Below are positions 28,534 to 37,330 of a DNA stretch of 64,000 bases, piece after piece. The DNA comes from Flavobacteriales bacterium (GTDB taxonomy: Bacteria > Bacteroidota > Bacteroidia > Palsa-965). The position numbers and the translations under genes were made by a program. The stretch lies in the NCBI GenBank assembly GCA_040377305.1, contig JBEIPA010000002.1, positions 194,272 to 258,271 on the forward strand, written 5' to 3'. The notes beneath the pieces are model-generated. The model saw only the letters and a list, made by a program, of their open reading frames with translations, was not told where the DNA came from and did not search any database. Numbering within the stretch: the stretch's first letter is position 1; each line of letters opens with the position of its first letter.

Positions 28534-29910
28534 TTATCCTTTATAGAACAACCACTTCCCGAGTTCTCTCCAACTCACTTTCTTTCCGTACATGAGAATA
28601 CCTACACGGTAAATTCGTCCGGCAAGCCATGTCATGAGGAAGAATGATGCAACGAGAATTCCCATTGAAATCGCAAGTTCAGTTGTGCTTATACCTCCAT
28701 ACGGAATACGCATAATCATTACAACCGGAGAAGTAAACGGAATCATAGAAAGCCATTTTGCAACAGCGCCGTGTGGATCGTTTGCAACCACTACGAACGA
28801 AGCCATTGAGATCATAAGAGGGACTGTAACCGGAACGGAGAACTGCGCAGTATCAGTATCAGAATCTGCGGCTGATCCCATTGCTGCGAAAATTGCTGCA
28901 TACATGAGGTAACCGAAAATAAAATAGAACAGGAAAATTGGAATCACATTTCCCCAGGGAATTGACCCGATAGTGTCCATGGCCTCAATCGTCTTTTCGT
29001 TGATCTCCATGTTCATCACAGTGCCACTTCCTGATGTTTCATTCACCATCGCCATAGTCACCGAGTTGTTATCCTTGAGCTTTGTGAAATCCAGCTTCTT
29101 GTCATTAATTGCACCAACAACCGGTAACAATATCAGGAGCGACAATACAATCCACGCGGTAAACTGTGTGAGCGCAACCAGTGCAACCGCAACAATTTTC
29201 CCCATCATCAATTGGAAAGGACGTACGCTGGAGATAATCACTTCAACGATTCGGGTGGATTTTTCCTCCTGCACACTCTTCATGACGCGTACACCGAAAA
29301 TGAGGATGTACATATATATGGCGAGTCCAAGAACCAATCCCGCCATAAACTTCACGTCCGCGTCACTTACCTTGTTGTCTACCTGACTTTCAATTGCGAC
29401 TTTACGTTTCGACAATTCGAGAATTTCCCGTGTAAGCCCGTTTCTTCCGAGGATATCAAGTTGTACCTGATTCGTCATCACGGCCTCAAGCAAGTTTGTG
29501 GTGTTCATTCCCGGCTCTGTCTTCGAATACAGAATACACGACAGTCCAACACTGTGCTCATAGTTCGTGTCGCAACCACCCATGAAATTCTCAGGAATGT
29601 ACAAGACTGAAACGTTATCGGAATCACGGTAGAACTTTTCGACTTCATCAATTGGCTTATACACCATTCCGTAATCGAACTTCAGGTTAAGTGTGTCTTT
29701 GAATATGAAAGCATATCCAATTGAATCAGGACACATACTGTTGTCGCAAACCACAATGGTTCTGTCTTCGCCCGGCTGACTTGCAATCACAGTCGGAACA
29801 ATAATCAATCCAGCAAAGAACAACGGAGCTACAAAGCACAACACAATGAACGCCTTGTTACGGACCCCCATGATATACTCACGTTGTATGATGATCCAGA
29901 TCTTGCCCAT
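28534..29910 (-). CDS. ABC-2 transporter permease (NatB-like)
   Basis: IIQREY, SVQEEKSTRIVEVIISSV, MMGKI, IPFTSP and RIYRVGILMYG motifs. Confidence 0.9.
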   Translation of the reverse strand: MGKIWIIIQREYIMGVRNKAFIVLCFVAPLFFAGLIIVPTVIASQPGEDRTIVVCDNSMCPDSIGYAFIFKDTLNLKFDYGMVYKPIDEVEKFYRDSDNVSVLYIPENFMGGCDTNYEHSVGLSCILYSKTEPGMNTTNLLEAVMTNQVQLDILGRNGLTREILELSKRKVAIESQVDNKVSDADVKFMAGLVLGLAIYMYILIFGVRVMKSVQEEKSTRIVEVIISSVRPFQLMMGKIVAVALVALTQFTAWIVLSLLILLPVVGAINDKKLDFTKLKDNNSVTMAMVNETSGSGTVMNMEINEKTIEAMDTIGSIPWGNVIPIFLFYFIFGYLMYAAIFAAMGSAADSDTDTAQFSVPVTVPLMISMASFVVVANDPHGAVAKWLSMIPFTSPVVMIMRIPYGGISTTELAISMGILVASFFLMTWLAGRIYRVGILMYGKKVSWRELGKWLFYKG

Positions 29911-30866
29911 TACTCCGTGAAATTGCTTTTAGTTCCTAACGATTCATTCCCGGCTTGAACTTTCATGATGAAAATATCATTCATTGTCGGAAGAACTTCG
30001 GTGAGTCCATGTATTTCTGCATTGCGCATCACGGAGTCCAGCAAACCGTTTGGTGTTGCATTGCCGAGCAGTTTCACACGAACGTGATTCAAACCTTCAC
30101 CATCAACAGACTGAGAAATTAATTCTCCGCCTGTCCACATGGCATTGGTAAACGCAATCATGTTTCCGCGGAAAGCGAGATCGTATGTACGTGCAGCATA
30201 CGCGCGACGAATTTCTTTCACGTTGCCGTCAAGAATTTTCTTCGAGCGATTGATGAGCGCAATATTGTCGCAGAGTTCTTCAACAGAACCCATGTTGTGT
30301 GTAGAGAGAATAATGGTTGAACCTTTTTTCTTCAGTTCTAGCAATTCGTCTTTGATCAGTGCGGCATTGATTGGATCGAATCCGCTGAATGGTTCATCGA
30401 GAATGAGCAGTCGTGGTTCGTGAAGAACAGTTACAATAAATTGTACTTTCTGCTGCATTCCTTTCGAGAGCTCTTCTATTTTCTTCTTCCACCAATGGCT
30501 CATGTCGAATTTCTCGAACCATTCCTTCACGCGACGTTTTGCTTCTTTCTTGTCGAGACCTTTCAATCGCGCGAGGTAAACGGCTTGTTCACCCACTTCC
30601 ATTTTCTTGTACAAGCCACGTTCTTCAGGAAGGTAACCGATGTCTTCAATATGATGCGCTTCCATCAACCGTTCATCAAACAGCAAGCGTCCGGAATCGG
30701 GTCCGGTGATCTGATTGATGATGCGAATGAGTGTTGTTTTTCCAGCTCCATTGGGTCCGAGCAATCCAAACACAGTTCCTTCCGGAACCGAAATGCTCAC
30801 GTCATCTAACGCAAGGTGATTGGAATATTTCTTAGAAACGTTTTCTGCCTGAAGGAGAATTCCCAT
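29910..30866 (-). CDS. ABC transporter ATP-binding protein (NatA-like)
   Basis: GPNGAGKT, LSKGMQQK, ILDEPFSG and STH motifs. Confidence 0.93.
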   Translation of the reverse strand: MGILLQAENVSKKYSNHLALDDVSISVPEGTVFGLLGPNGAGKTTLIRIINQITGPDSGRLLFDERLMEAHHIEDIGYLPEERGLYKKMEVGEQAVYLARLKGLDKKEAKRRVKEWFEKFDMSHWWKKKIEELSKGMQQKVQFIVTVLHEPRLLILDEPFSGFDPINAALIKDELLELKKKGSTIILSTHNMGSVEELCDNIALINRSKKILDGNVKEIRRAYAARTYDLAFRGNMIAFTNAMWTGGELISQSVDGEGLNHVRVKLLGNATPNGLLDSVMRNAEIHGLTEVLPTMNDIFIMKVQAGNESLGTKSNFTE

Positions 30867-30969
30867 ACGTAGCGAAGGTAGGTATTAGACGGGAGACGAA
30901 AGACGGGAGACGGGAGTTTTACTACCTGCTAACGGGAAATTCAAGGCTTAAGTATCCGGATTGCACTTT

Positions 30970-31137
30970 TTATGATTTCCCTAAGCGAGCTCTGTTACCT
31001 GCAGATGTAATTGCGCGGGAAATTCTAATCAACCGTATCAACAAATTCATACGCTCCTCGTGAGAACGCTCGATATCAAGCCTGATTGAATCCTCAGGTG
31101 TTACTGGTTCCAGATTATTTGGACGCCTCTTTTGCAT
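30970..31137 (-). CDS. Small hypothetical protein (55 aa)
   Basis: ORF fills the dnaJ-ABC gap and has a -7-like box TAACTTTA at 31143-31150. Confidence 0.4.
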   Translation of the reverse strand: MQKRRPNNLEPVTPEDSIRLDIERSHEERMNLLIRLIRISRAITSAGNRARLGKS

Positions 31138-31222
31138 ATGCATAAAGTTACAAAAACGAAAAAGCCTTGTCAAGTGAACAAGGCCTAATCATTATACGTT
31201 TACAAGCGTTTAACACACCGGA

Positions 31223-32368
31223 TTACTCAAAATATTCCTTCATCCTATCGAAGAAACCTTTGTCTTTCGAACCTGGTTTTGGCTTGAAGTTTTCTGATTC
31301 GCGAAGTTTTTCAAGCAGCTTTTTTTCTTCTGATGAAAGATGTTTCGGTGTCCAAACTTGTACGCTCACGAGCAAGTCGCCGCGACCGTATCCGTTGACA
31401 TCAGGAATGCCTTTGCCTTTGAGACGAAGCACTCTTCCTGATTGTGTTCCCGGATCAATCTTGACGCGCGCTTTTCCATCGAGGGTTGGAATTTCAACCT
31501 GCGTTCCGATCGCTGCATCAACAATGCTGATGTGCTGCTCAAAGAACAAGTTGTTTCCTTCACGTTGAAAATGTTCGTGCTCTGCTTCTTCGATAACTAC
31601 AATCAGATCTCCCGGAATTCCTCCGCGTGGAGCTGCGTTACCTTTTCCGTTTACGCTAAGCTGAATGCCTTCGTGTACTCCAGGAGGAATGCGAACTGAC
31701 ACTACATCCTCGCCGCGCATCACGCCATCGCCATGACACTGTTTGCATTTGTCGGTGATAATTTGTCCTTCACCACTGCATGTTGGACAGGTTGCAGCAG
31801 TCTGCATTTGTCCCAACATCGTGTTCATCACACGTGTTACTTGTCCGCTTCCGCGACATGTGGAGCACGTAGACATTGCTCCTGCGCTTTGTGCACCTGA
31901 GCCGCTACATTTATTGCACGAAACATATTTTGCGACCTTCAGCTTCTTCTCTACACCAGTTGAAATTTCTTCCAGCGTAAGTTTTACTTTGATGCGAAGA
32001 TTTGATCCGCGTGCAACACGACGACCGCCGCCTCTTCCACCGCCTCCGCCAAATGCTCCACCGAAAATATCTCCGAACTGAGAGAAGATATCGTCCATAG
32101 AGAAACCACCGCCCGGGTGTCCGCCACCGCCGGCATGACTTCCCGCCATACCTGCATGACCGTACTGATCGTAACGTGCTTTCTTATTTGGATCGCTGAG
32201 TACTTCGTAAGCTTCTGCAGCTTCTTTAAATTTTTCCTCTGAAGCCTTATCTCCGGGATTTTTATCTGGATGATATTTAATAGCCATCTTCCGATAAGCC
32301 TTTTTCAACTCATCAGCAGAAGCGCTTTTGTTCACTTCCAGTATTTCGTAGTAATCTCTTTTTGCCAT
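31223..32368 (-). CDS. dnaJ: Chaperone DnaJ
   Basis: J-domain HPD, G/F region and four CxxCxGxG motifs. Confidence 0.97.
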   Translation of the reverse strand: MAKRDYYEILEVNKSASADELKKAYRKMAIKYHPDKNPGDKASEEKFKEAAEAYEVLSDPNKKARYDQYGHAGMAGSHAGGGGHPGGGFSMDDIFSQFGDIFGGAFGGGGGRGGGRRVARGSNLRIKVKLTLEEISTGVEKKLKVAKYVSCNKCSGSGAQSAGAMSTCSTCRGSGQVTRVMNTMLGQMQTAATCPTCSGEGQIITDKCKQCHGDGVMRGEDVVSVRIPPGVHEGIQLSVNGKGNAAPRGGIPGDLIVVIEEAEHEHFQREGNNLFFEQHISIVDAAIGTQVEIPTLDGKARVKIDPGTQSGRVLRLKGKGIPDVNGYGRGDLLVSVQVWTPKHLSSEEKKLLEKLRESENFKPKPGSKDKGFFDRMKEYFE

Positions 32369-32389
32369 AATGTTATGCTTGCCCTACCG

Positions 32390-32439
32390 CGACTCCGCTC
32401 GGTCTGACAAGCGATTGTCATACTGAGCGTAGCCGAAGG
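32390..32439. repeat. REP-like inverted repeat, family TTGTCAGACYGAGCGGAGTCGA
   Basis: CGACTCCGCTCGGTCTGACAA..TTGTCATACTGAGCGTAGCCGAAGG between grpE and dnaJ; the same family occurs at 49281-49351 and 50042-50088. Confidence 0.8.
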
Positions 32440-32446
32440 ATGACGG

Positions 32447-33046
32447 TTATGCTCCTACAACCACTTTCGCAAAGCGTATCACCTTGCCATTGAGTGTATA
32501 TCCTTTTTCAACTTCATCTACCACTTTGCCTTTCAGCTCGGGAGTTGGTGCAGGAATTTCTGTAATTGCTTCGTGCAAATCTGTGTTGAATGCTTCTCCG
32601 ATAGAAACCATCGCTTGCAATCCGCGTTGCTGTAAGTTGCTGCGCAGCATGTGCGAAATGAGCGTGATCCCTTCATTCACAGCCTTTACATCCGTCGCTG
32701 TTTCATTCGTCTTCATCGCACGTTCAAAATTGTCGAGCACCGGAAGAAGATTTTTGATGATATCTTCTCCTGCTGTGTTCAGCAATTCCACTTTCTCGCG
32801 AGCTGTACGTTTGCGGAAATTGTCGAACTCCGAATACAAGCGAAGGAATTTATCGTTTTGCATTGCAACCTGCTCTTCAAGTTCCGCAATGCGCTTCTCT
32901 GATTCATTCACCGGCTCTTGCGGTAATTCGTTCGTGTTTTCTGTAGCTGTGGTTTCTTCACCATCAACACCACCATTTTTCTCTTCACTCATATTTGACA
33001 CCTTGTCAGGTTTATCTTGGCTTTTTCTGTTGAAAAATGACTTCAT
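32447..33046 (-). CDS. grpE: Nucleotide exchange factor GrpE (alternative start ATG 32992)
   Basis: LRLYSEFDNFRKR, LLPVLDNFERA, LHEAI and KGYTLNGKVIRFAKVVV motifs. Confidence 0.95.
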   Translation of the reverse strand: MKSFFNRKSQDKPDKVSNMSEEKNGGVDGEETTATENTNELPQEPVNESEKRIAELEEQVAMQNDKFLRLYSEFDNFRKRTAREKVELLNTAGEDIIKNLLPVLDNFERAMKTNETATDVKAVNEGITLISHMLRSNLQQRGLQAMVSIGEAFNTDLHEAITEIPAPTPELKGKVVDEVEKGYTLNGKVIRFAKVVVGA

Positions 33047-33101
33047 TTTGTGGTATCAGGAACTTATCCTGACACTGCAAAAGGCTCAATTTTCACGCCA
33101 G

Positions 33102-33109
33102 CAAAGATA
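33102..33109 (-). promoter_or_regulatory. Bacteroidota sigma-A -7 box for grpE-dnaJ
   Basis: TATCTTTG on the minus strand matches TAnnTTTG. Confidence 0.6.
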
Positions 33110-33167
33110 GAAAGGTCAAAGTGTCAGCAACACGATTTTCAGTGTCAGAATCGCTTTTCTTACTGCA

Positions 33168-33204
33168 TAAAAAAGTCCGACGGTTTGAACCATCGGACTT
33201 ATTT
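33168..33204 (-). terminator. Intrinsic terminator after the TlpA gene
   Basis: AAGTCCGA..TCGGACTT stem with a flanking A6 (U-tract on the minus strand). Confidence 0.7.
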
Positions 33205-33248
33205 GTATCGTCAGGTCAGAAACCCGAAAACACCAATGAAAATGAGGC

Positions 33249-33893
33249 TTATTCCTCGATCTTAGCAGGGTCAGGACGCTGCATTGGAGCGAACTTGTTG
33301 CCAGATTCGTCTTTGCCTTTATCCTTTTCTTTCTCTTTTTCCTTGCTCTTCTTGCGCTTCTCCTTAATCACTTTCGGGTCCTTTTCAACCTGAGTTTCAA
33401 GGGCTTTTGTCAACTGTTCGCCTCGAAGGTTCTTCGCTACGATCACGCCGTTCCCGTCAATGAGGAAGTTGGTTGGGATGCTATAAACCTGGTAGCGCTG
33501 AGCCGCAGCGTTGTTCCAGAACATAAGATCACTCACGTGATAAGGCCAAACCAAAGAATCGGCTTTGATGGCTGCTTTCCACGCGTTTTTATCGCGGTCT
33601 AAGGACACTGAAAACACAGTGAAGCCGTCGCCTTCTACAAACATCTCGTCCTTGTACTTATTCCATGCTTTAACCACGGCCGGATTTTCATGTCGGCATG
33701 GTCCACACCACGATGCCCAGAAGTCGATAAGCACCATTTTCCCTCTCAAAGAGGAAAGTGTCATCGTACAATCTTCAGGCGTTTTCATTGTGATTTCAGG
33801 AGCAACGTTGCCCACATTTAAACCAACAACATTACCAGACTGGGCGATGCCCAAAACCGGAAGCAATAGCAGGGAAAAAAGAATTTTCTTCAT
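33249..33893 (-). CDS. TlpA family thiol:disulfide oxidoreductase
   Basis: DFWASWCGPCR, SVSLD and IPTNFLIDGNG motifs. Confidence 0.9.
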   Translation of the reverse strand: MKKILFSLLLLPVLGIAQSGNVVGLNVGNVAPEITMKTPEDCTMTLSSLRGKMVLIDFWASWCGPCRHENPAVVKAWNKYKDEMFVEGDGFTVFSVSLDRDKNAWKAAIKADSLVWPYHVSDLMFWNNAAAQRYQVYSIPTNFLIDGNGVIVAKNLRGEQLTKALETQVEKDPKVIKEKRKKSKEKEKEKDKGKDESGNKFAPMQRPDPAKIEE

Positions 33894-34009
33894 TGAATCA
33901 AATTTACGTTTTTCATCCCAAATGTTACACCTTCATTACGTTCATAGTTCACCAAATCGCAATGATTACTGCAATTTTTAACAGGGAACCGGGAACGGGA
34001 AACCGGGAA

Positions 34010-35317
34010 CTACCCCTTCCTAACAATATCCGCACCAAGATTTTTTAATCGGGTGTCGATGTTCTGATAACCACGGTCGATTTGCTCAATGTTGTGGATT
34101 GTGCTCTTGCCTTTTGCAGAAAGTGCAGCAATAAGTAGAGATACTCCGGCGCGAATATCCGGCGATGTCATCGTTACGCCACGCAAATTGTGTTGACGAC
34201 CTAAGCCGATTACAGTTGCACGGTGTGGGTCACATAAAATGATTTGCGCGCCCATGTCGATCAGTTTATCAACGAAGAACAAGCGGCTCTCAAACATCTT
34301 CTGGTGAATAAGAACGCTACCTTTTGCCTGCGTTGCTACCACAAGAATGATGCTCAGCAAATCCGGAGTGAATCCTGGCCACGGCGCATCGGAAATTGTA
34401 AGAATGGAACCGTCGATGAAAGTATCGATTTCATAAAACTCCTGAGAAGGAATGTAAATATCATCGCCGCGCTGTTCCATTTTAATTCCAAGGCGACCAA
34501 AAACTCCGGGAATAACACCGAGGTGTTGTAAGCCCGCACCCTTGATCGTGATTTCACTCTGCGTCATTGCTGCGAGACCGATGAAGCTTCCCACTTCAAT
34601 CATATCGGGAAGCATTCTGTGTTCTGTTCCGCCGAGATAATCAACGCCCTCAATCGTGAGCAAGTTGGAACCGATGCCGGTGATTTTCGCGCCCATTCTG
34701 TTGAGCATGCTGCAAAGTTGCTGGAGATAAGGTTCGCATGCCGCGTTGTAAATCGTGGTTGTTCCTTTCGCCATCGTTGCCGCCATCACGATGTTTGCAG
34801 TTCCTGTTACGGATGCTTCATCGAGCAACATGTATGCGCCCTGCAATTTCTTCGACTCTACTTTGTAGAATTCGTTCGCTGCATCGTATTCGAATTTTGC
34901 ACCGAGATTCTCGAAGCCAATGAAGTGCGTATCCAAACGACGACGACCGATTTTATCTCCACCCGGCTTTGGAATATATCCTTTGCCGAAACGTGTAAGC
35001 AAGGGACCAACAATCATGATTGAACCGCGAAGAGCGCCACCTTTGTTCTTGAATTTATCGGAGTTGATATAATCCATATCAACGTTGTCGGCCTGAAACG
35101 TGTACTCTTCAGCACCGATCCGCTCCACTTTCACACCGAGATCGCGTAGCAGGTCAATCAACTTGTTCACATCGACGATGTCGGGAACATTTTTGATTGT
35201 CATTTTCTCCGGAGTCAGCAAAACTGCAGAGAGAATCTGCAATGCTTCGTTTTTTGCTCCTTGCGGAATGAGCTCGCCTTTGAGTTTTTTACCGCCGATG
35301 ATTTCGAATGATGCCAT
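34010..35317 (-). CDS. murA: UDP-N-acetylglucosamine 1-carboxyvinyltransferase
   Basis: GAKNEAL, PGGDKIGRR, SVTGTAN, PWPGFTPD, DIRAG and IDRGY motifs. Confidence 0.96.
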   Translation of the reverse strand: MASFEIIGGKKLKGELIPQGAKNEALQILSAVLLTPEKMTIKNVPDIVDVNKLIDLLRDLGVKVERIGAEEYTFQADNVDMDYINSDKFKNKGGALRGSIMIVGPLLTRFGKGYIPKPGGDKIGRRRLDTHFIGFENLGAKFEYDAANEFYKVESKKLQGAYMLLDEASVTGTANIVMAATMAKGTTTIYNAACEPYLQQLCSMLNRMGAKITGIGSNLLTIEGVDYLGGTEHRMLPDMIEVGSFIGLAAMTQSEITIKGAGLQHLGVIPGVFGRLGIKMEQRGDDIYIPSQEFYEIDTFIDGSILTISDAPWPGFTPDLLSIILVVATQAKGSVLIHQKMFESRLFFVDKLIDMGAQIILCDPHRATVIGLGRQHNLRGVTMTSPDIRAGVSLLIAALSAKGKSTIHNIEQIDRGYQNIDTRLKNLGADIVRKG

Positions 35318-35439
35318 AGCCTACTTATTGCTGTGACTAAGGTAAAATCAACGCTGCGGTCGAATGCGTTGAAAATGGGAACTTATCAACAGCAATAAGT
35401 TGGCGTCGACAGACTGGAGACTACAGACGGGAGTAAATG

Positions 35440-35463
35440 AAAAAAGCGTGGAATTACCCACGC
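35440..35463 (-). terminator. Intrinsic terminator after the DUF4290 gene
   Basis: GCGTGG-AATTAC-CCACGC with an adjacent A6. Confidence 0.6.
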
Positions 35464-35532
35464 CTGAAATGCTGATGAAGTCTTAAAAACTGCCGACCCA
35501 CTCCCGTCTTTCGTCCGGAGTCTATCGTCTCA

Positions 35533-36198
35533 TTATCGTTTCTTCTTCTTCTTGTTATTATTACTCTTCTTCTGATTCTCGCGATGATGCATCTGATTCT
35601 GAGGAATCGCATTGCGTGGCAGAATGTCGCTCGTGTGCAGGAAACGGAATCCTTCGCTCACTTTGAGTTTGCCCTTCGACAAGGACTCAAGCTGTTCAAC
35701 GATCAAGGCATCATTCACCGAATCGCGGTTCCAGTTGAGGTAGTGCCGCTTCATCAACTGCGCAAGTTGCTCAGTAAACACCTCGCGATTCTTATCGTCC
35801 GGTTCTGCCATTGCCTTCTGGATTAAATCTTCAAGGATTTTACCATAGTGGCGGAAGCGAATATCACTCTGCGGATATTTTACCGGCTCTGGTTTTTTTG
35901 CGAGTTCCTCAGCAGCAGGTTTAGGATACGGAGAATCAACCTCGAGTTTGTGACCTGCGATGATGTGCAAGTGATCCCAAAGTTTATGCTCATAATCCGC
36001 ATACTCCTTCTGAGCAGGATTCAGAATTGCCATTACGCGTACAATAGACTTCGCGCATTTTGTTCGCTCTTCACGATCAGTAAGCGTGAGGCAAAACTCG
36101 ATCATGCGATGTACGTTGCGTCCGTACTCTGCGATATCCATCACAGGCTGACCGGTGTTATATTCCATTCCAGTGGAATTGGTAAGGTCTTCCGACAT
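35533..36198 (-). CDS. DUF4290 family protein
   Basis: MEYNT..EYGRNV, HKLWDHL and YLNWNRDSV motifs; usual position upstream of murA in Bacteroidota. Confidence 0.85.
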   Translation of the reverse strand: MSEDLTNSTGMEYNTGQPVMDIAEYGRNVHRMIEFCLTLTDREERTKCAKSIVRVMAILNPAQKEYADYEHKLWDHLHIIAGHKLEVDSPYPKPAAEELAKKPEPVKYPQSDIRFRHYGKILEDLIQKAMAEPDDKNREVFTEQLAQLMKRHYLNWNRDSVNDALIVEQLESLSKGKLKVSEGFRFLHTSDILPRNAIPQNQMHHRENQKKSNNNKKKKKR

Positions 36199-36300
36199 AG
36201 TTTTATTGTTTGGATTAGTAAAGTTCCCAGTCGAAAGTGTCTTGAGCGACGCTTATGATGACTCCCCGGTGGGGTAAGGAACCGTAAATCTACAAAAAAG

Positions 36301-36431
36301 AATGTGCTAATATGCTAATTCGGCAATATGCTAATGAAAAAAGGTCACAAACGGCCTCTCAATTCTCCGAAATTATATCGCTGGTGAAGACCACTTTTTA
36401 GCACATTAGCAAATTATCCCATTAGCACATT
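36301..36431. repeat. Inverted-repeat element built from TGCTAAT units
   Basis: AATGTGCTAAT (36301-36311) is the perfect reverse complement of ATTAGCACATT (36421-36431); each arm has further TGCTAA/TTAGCA units. Confidence 0.7.
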
Positions 36432-36442
36432 ACCTTCGGGCT

Positions 36443-37330
36443 ATGCAGTTCATCGCTTACTGCCTCATCCTTCCGTGGATCCTGCTCCTCTCCATCCTCC
36501 CTTTCAGGATTGGCAACTTCGTCTCCTGGAAAATTTACGTGTTGCTGTTTTACATTCTACGCTATCGCCGGAAAGTCGTTGATGCAAATCTGAAGAATTC
36601 GTTCCCGGAAAAATCCGCTGAAGAGCGTTACCGAATTGCCAAAGCTTTTTACAAGCACCTTGCAGATGTGTTCATGGATGGATTCCGTGCATTCACGATT
36701 TCAAAAGATCGTTTGAGAACACACATGTACTGCAAGAATCCGGAATTGCTTCGCAAGTATTATGACGCCGGGAAAGATGTGATCATCGCAGTCGGGCACT
36801 ACAACAGCTGGGAACTTTTTCTCACGGGACTGAATTTGTTCATTCGTCACCAGGCAGTTGTGATTTATCAGCCGGTGACCAATAAATATCTGGATCGTTT
36901 CCTGAGAAAAAAGCGCGGTGAATTCAATACGCTGATGCTCGCGAGAAATGAAGTCAAAGAATTCTACGATTCGTCGCGCAAGAATTTATCTGCGATTGTT
37001 TACGCAATTGATCAGTCGCCACCGAAAGCGAACAAGTGCTACTGGCTGACTTTCCTCAACCAGGAAACCGGTGTAAACTTCGGAACGGAAAAAATGGCGA
37101 AGGATCACGATCAGCCGGTTGTGTACGCGCGAATCACGAAAGAAAGACGCGGTTACTATGCGTTGGAATTCGTTGATGTATCAAGTAATCCGAAAGAAAC
37201 GGCGTACGGAGAAATCACAACGAAAGTCACGCGCTTACTTGAAGAAGACATTCGCAGCAAACCGGAATTTTGGTTGTGGTCACACAAACGTTGGAAGAAA
37301 CAGCGCCCTGCTGAAATGGAATTACATTAA
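36443..37330 (+). CDS. Lipid A biosynthesis acyltransferase (LpxL/HtrB family)
   Basis: YRRKVVDANL, GHYNSWE, DQSP and PEFWLWSHKRWK motifs. Confidence 0.9.
   Translation: MQFIAYCLILPWILLLSILPFRIGNFVSWKIYVLLFYILRYRRKVVDANLKNSFPEKSAEERYRIAKAFYKHLADVFMDGFRAFTISKDRLRTHMYCKNPELLRKYYDAGKDVIIAVGHYNSWELFLTGLNLFIRHQAVVIYQPVTNKYLDRFLRKKRGEFNTLMLARNEVKEFYDSSRKNLSAIVYAIDQSPPKANKCYWLTFLNQETGVNFGTEKMAKDHDQPVVYARITKERRGYYALEFVDVSSNPKETAYGEITTKVTRLLEEDIRSKPEFWLWSHKRWKKQRPAEMELH

Noticed and set aside
36301-36431. TTAGCAC/GTGCTAA half-sites as a CIRCE element
   Set aside because: Order and spacing do not fit TTAGCACTC-N9-GAGTGCTAA, and the site is 3 kb from grpE.
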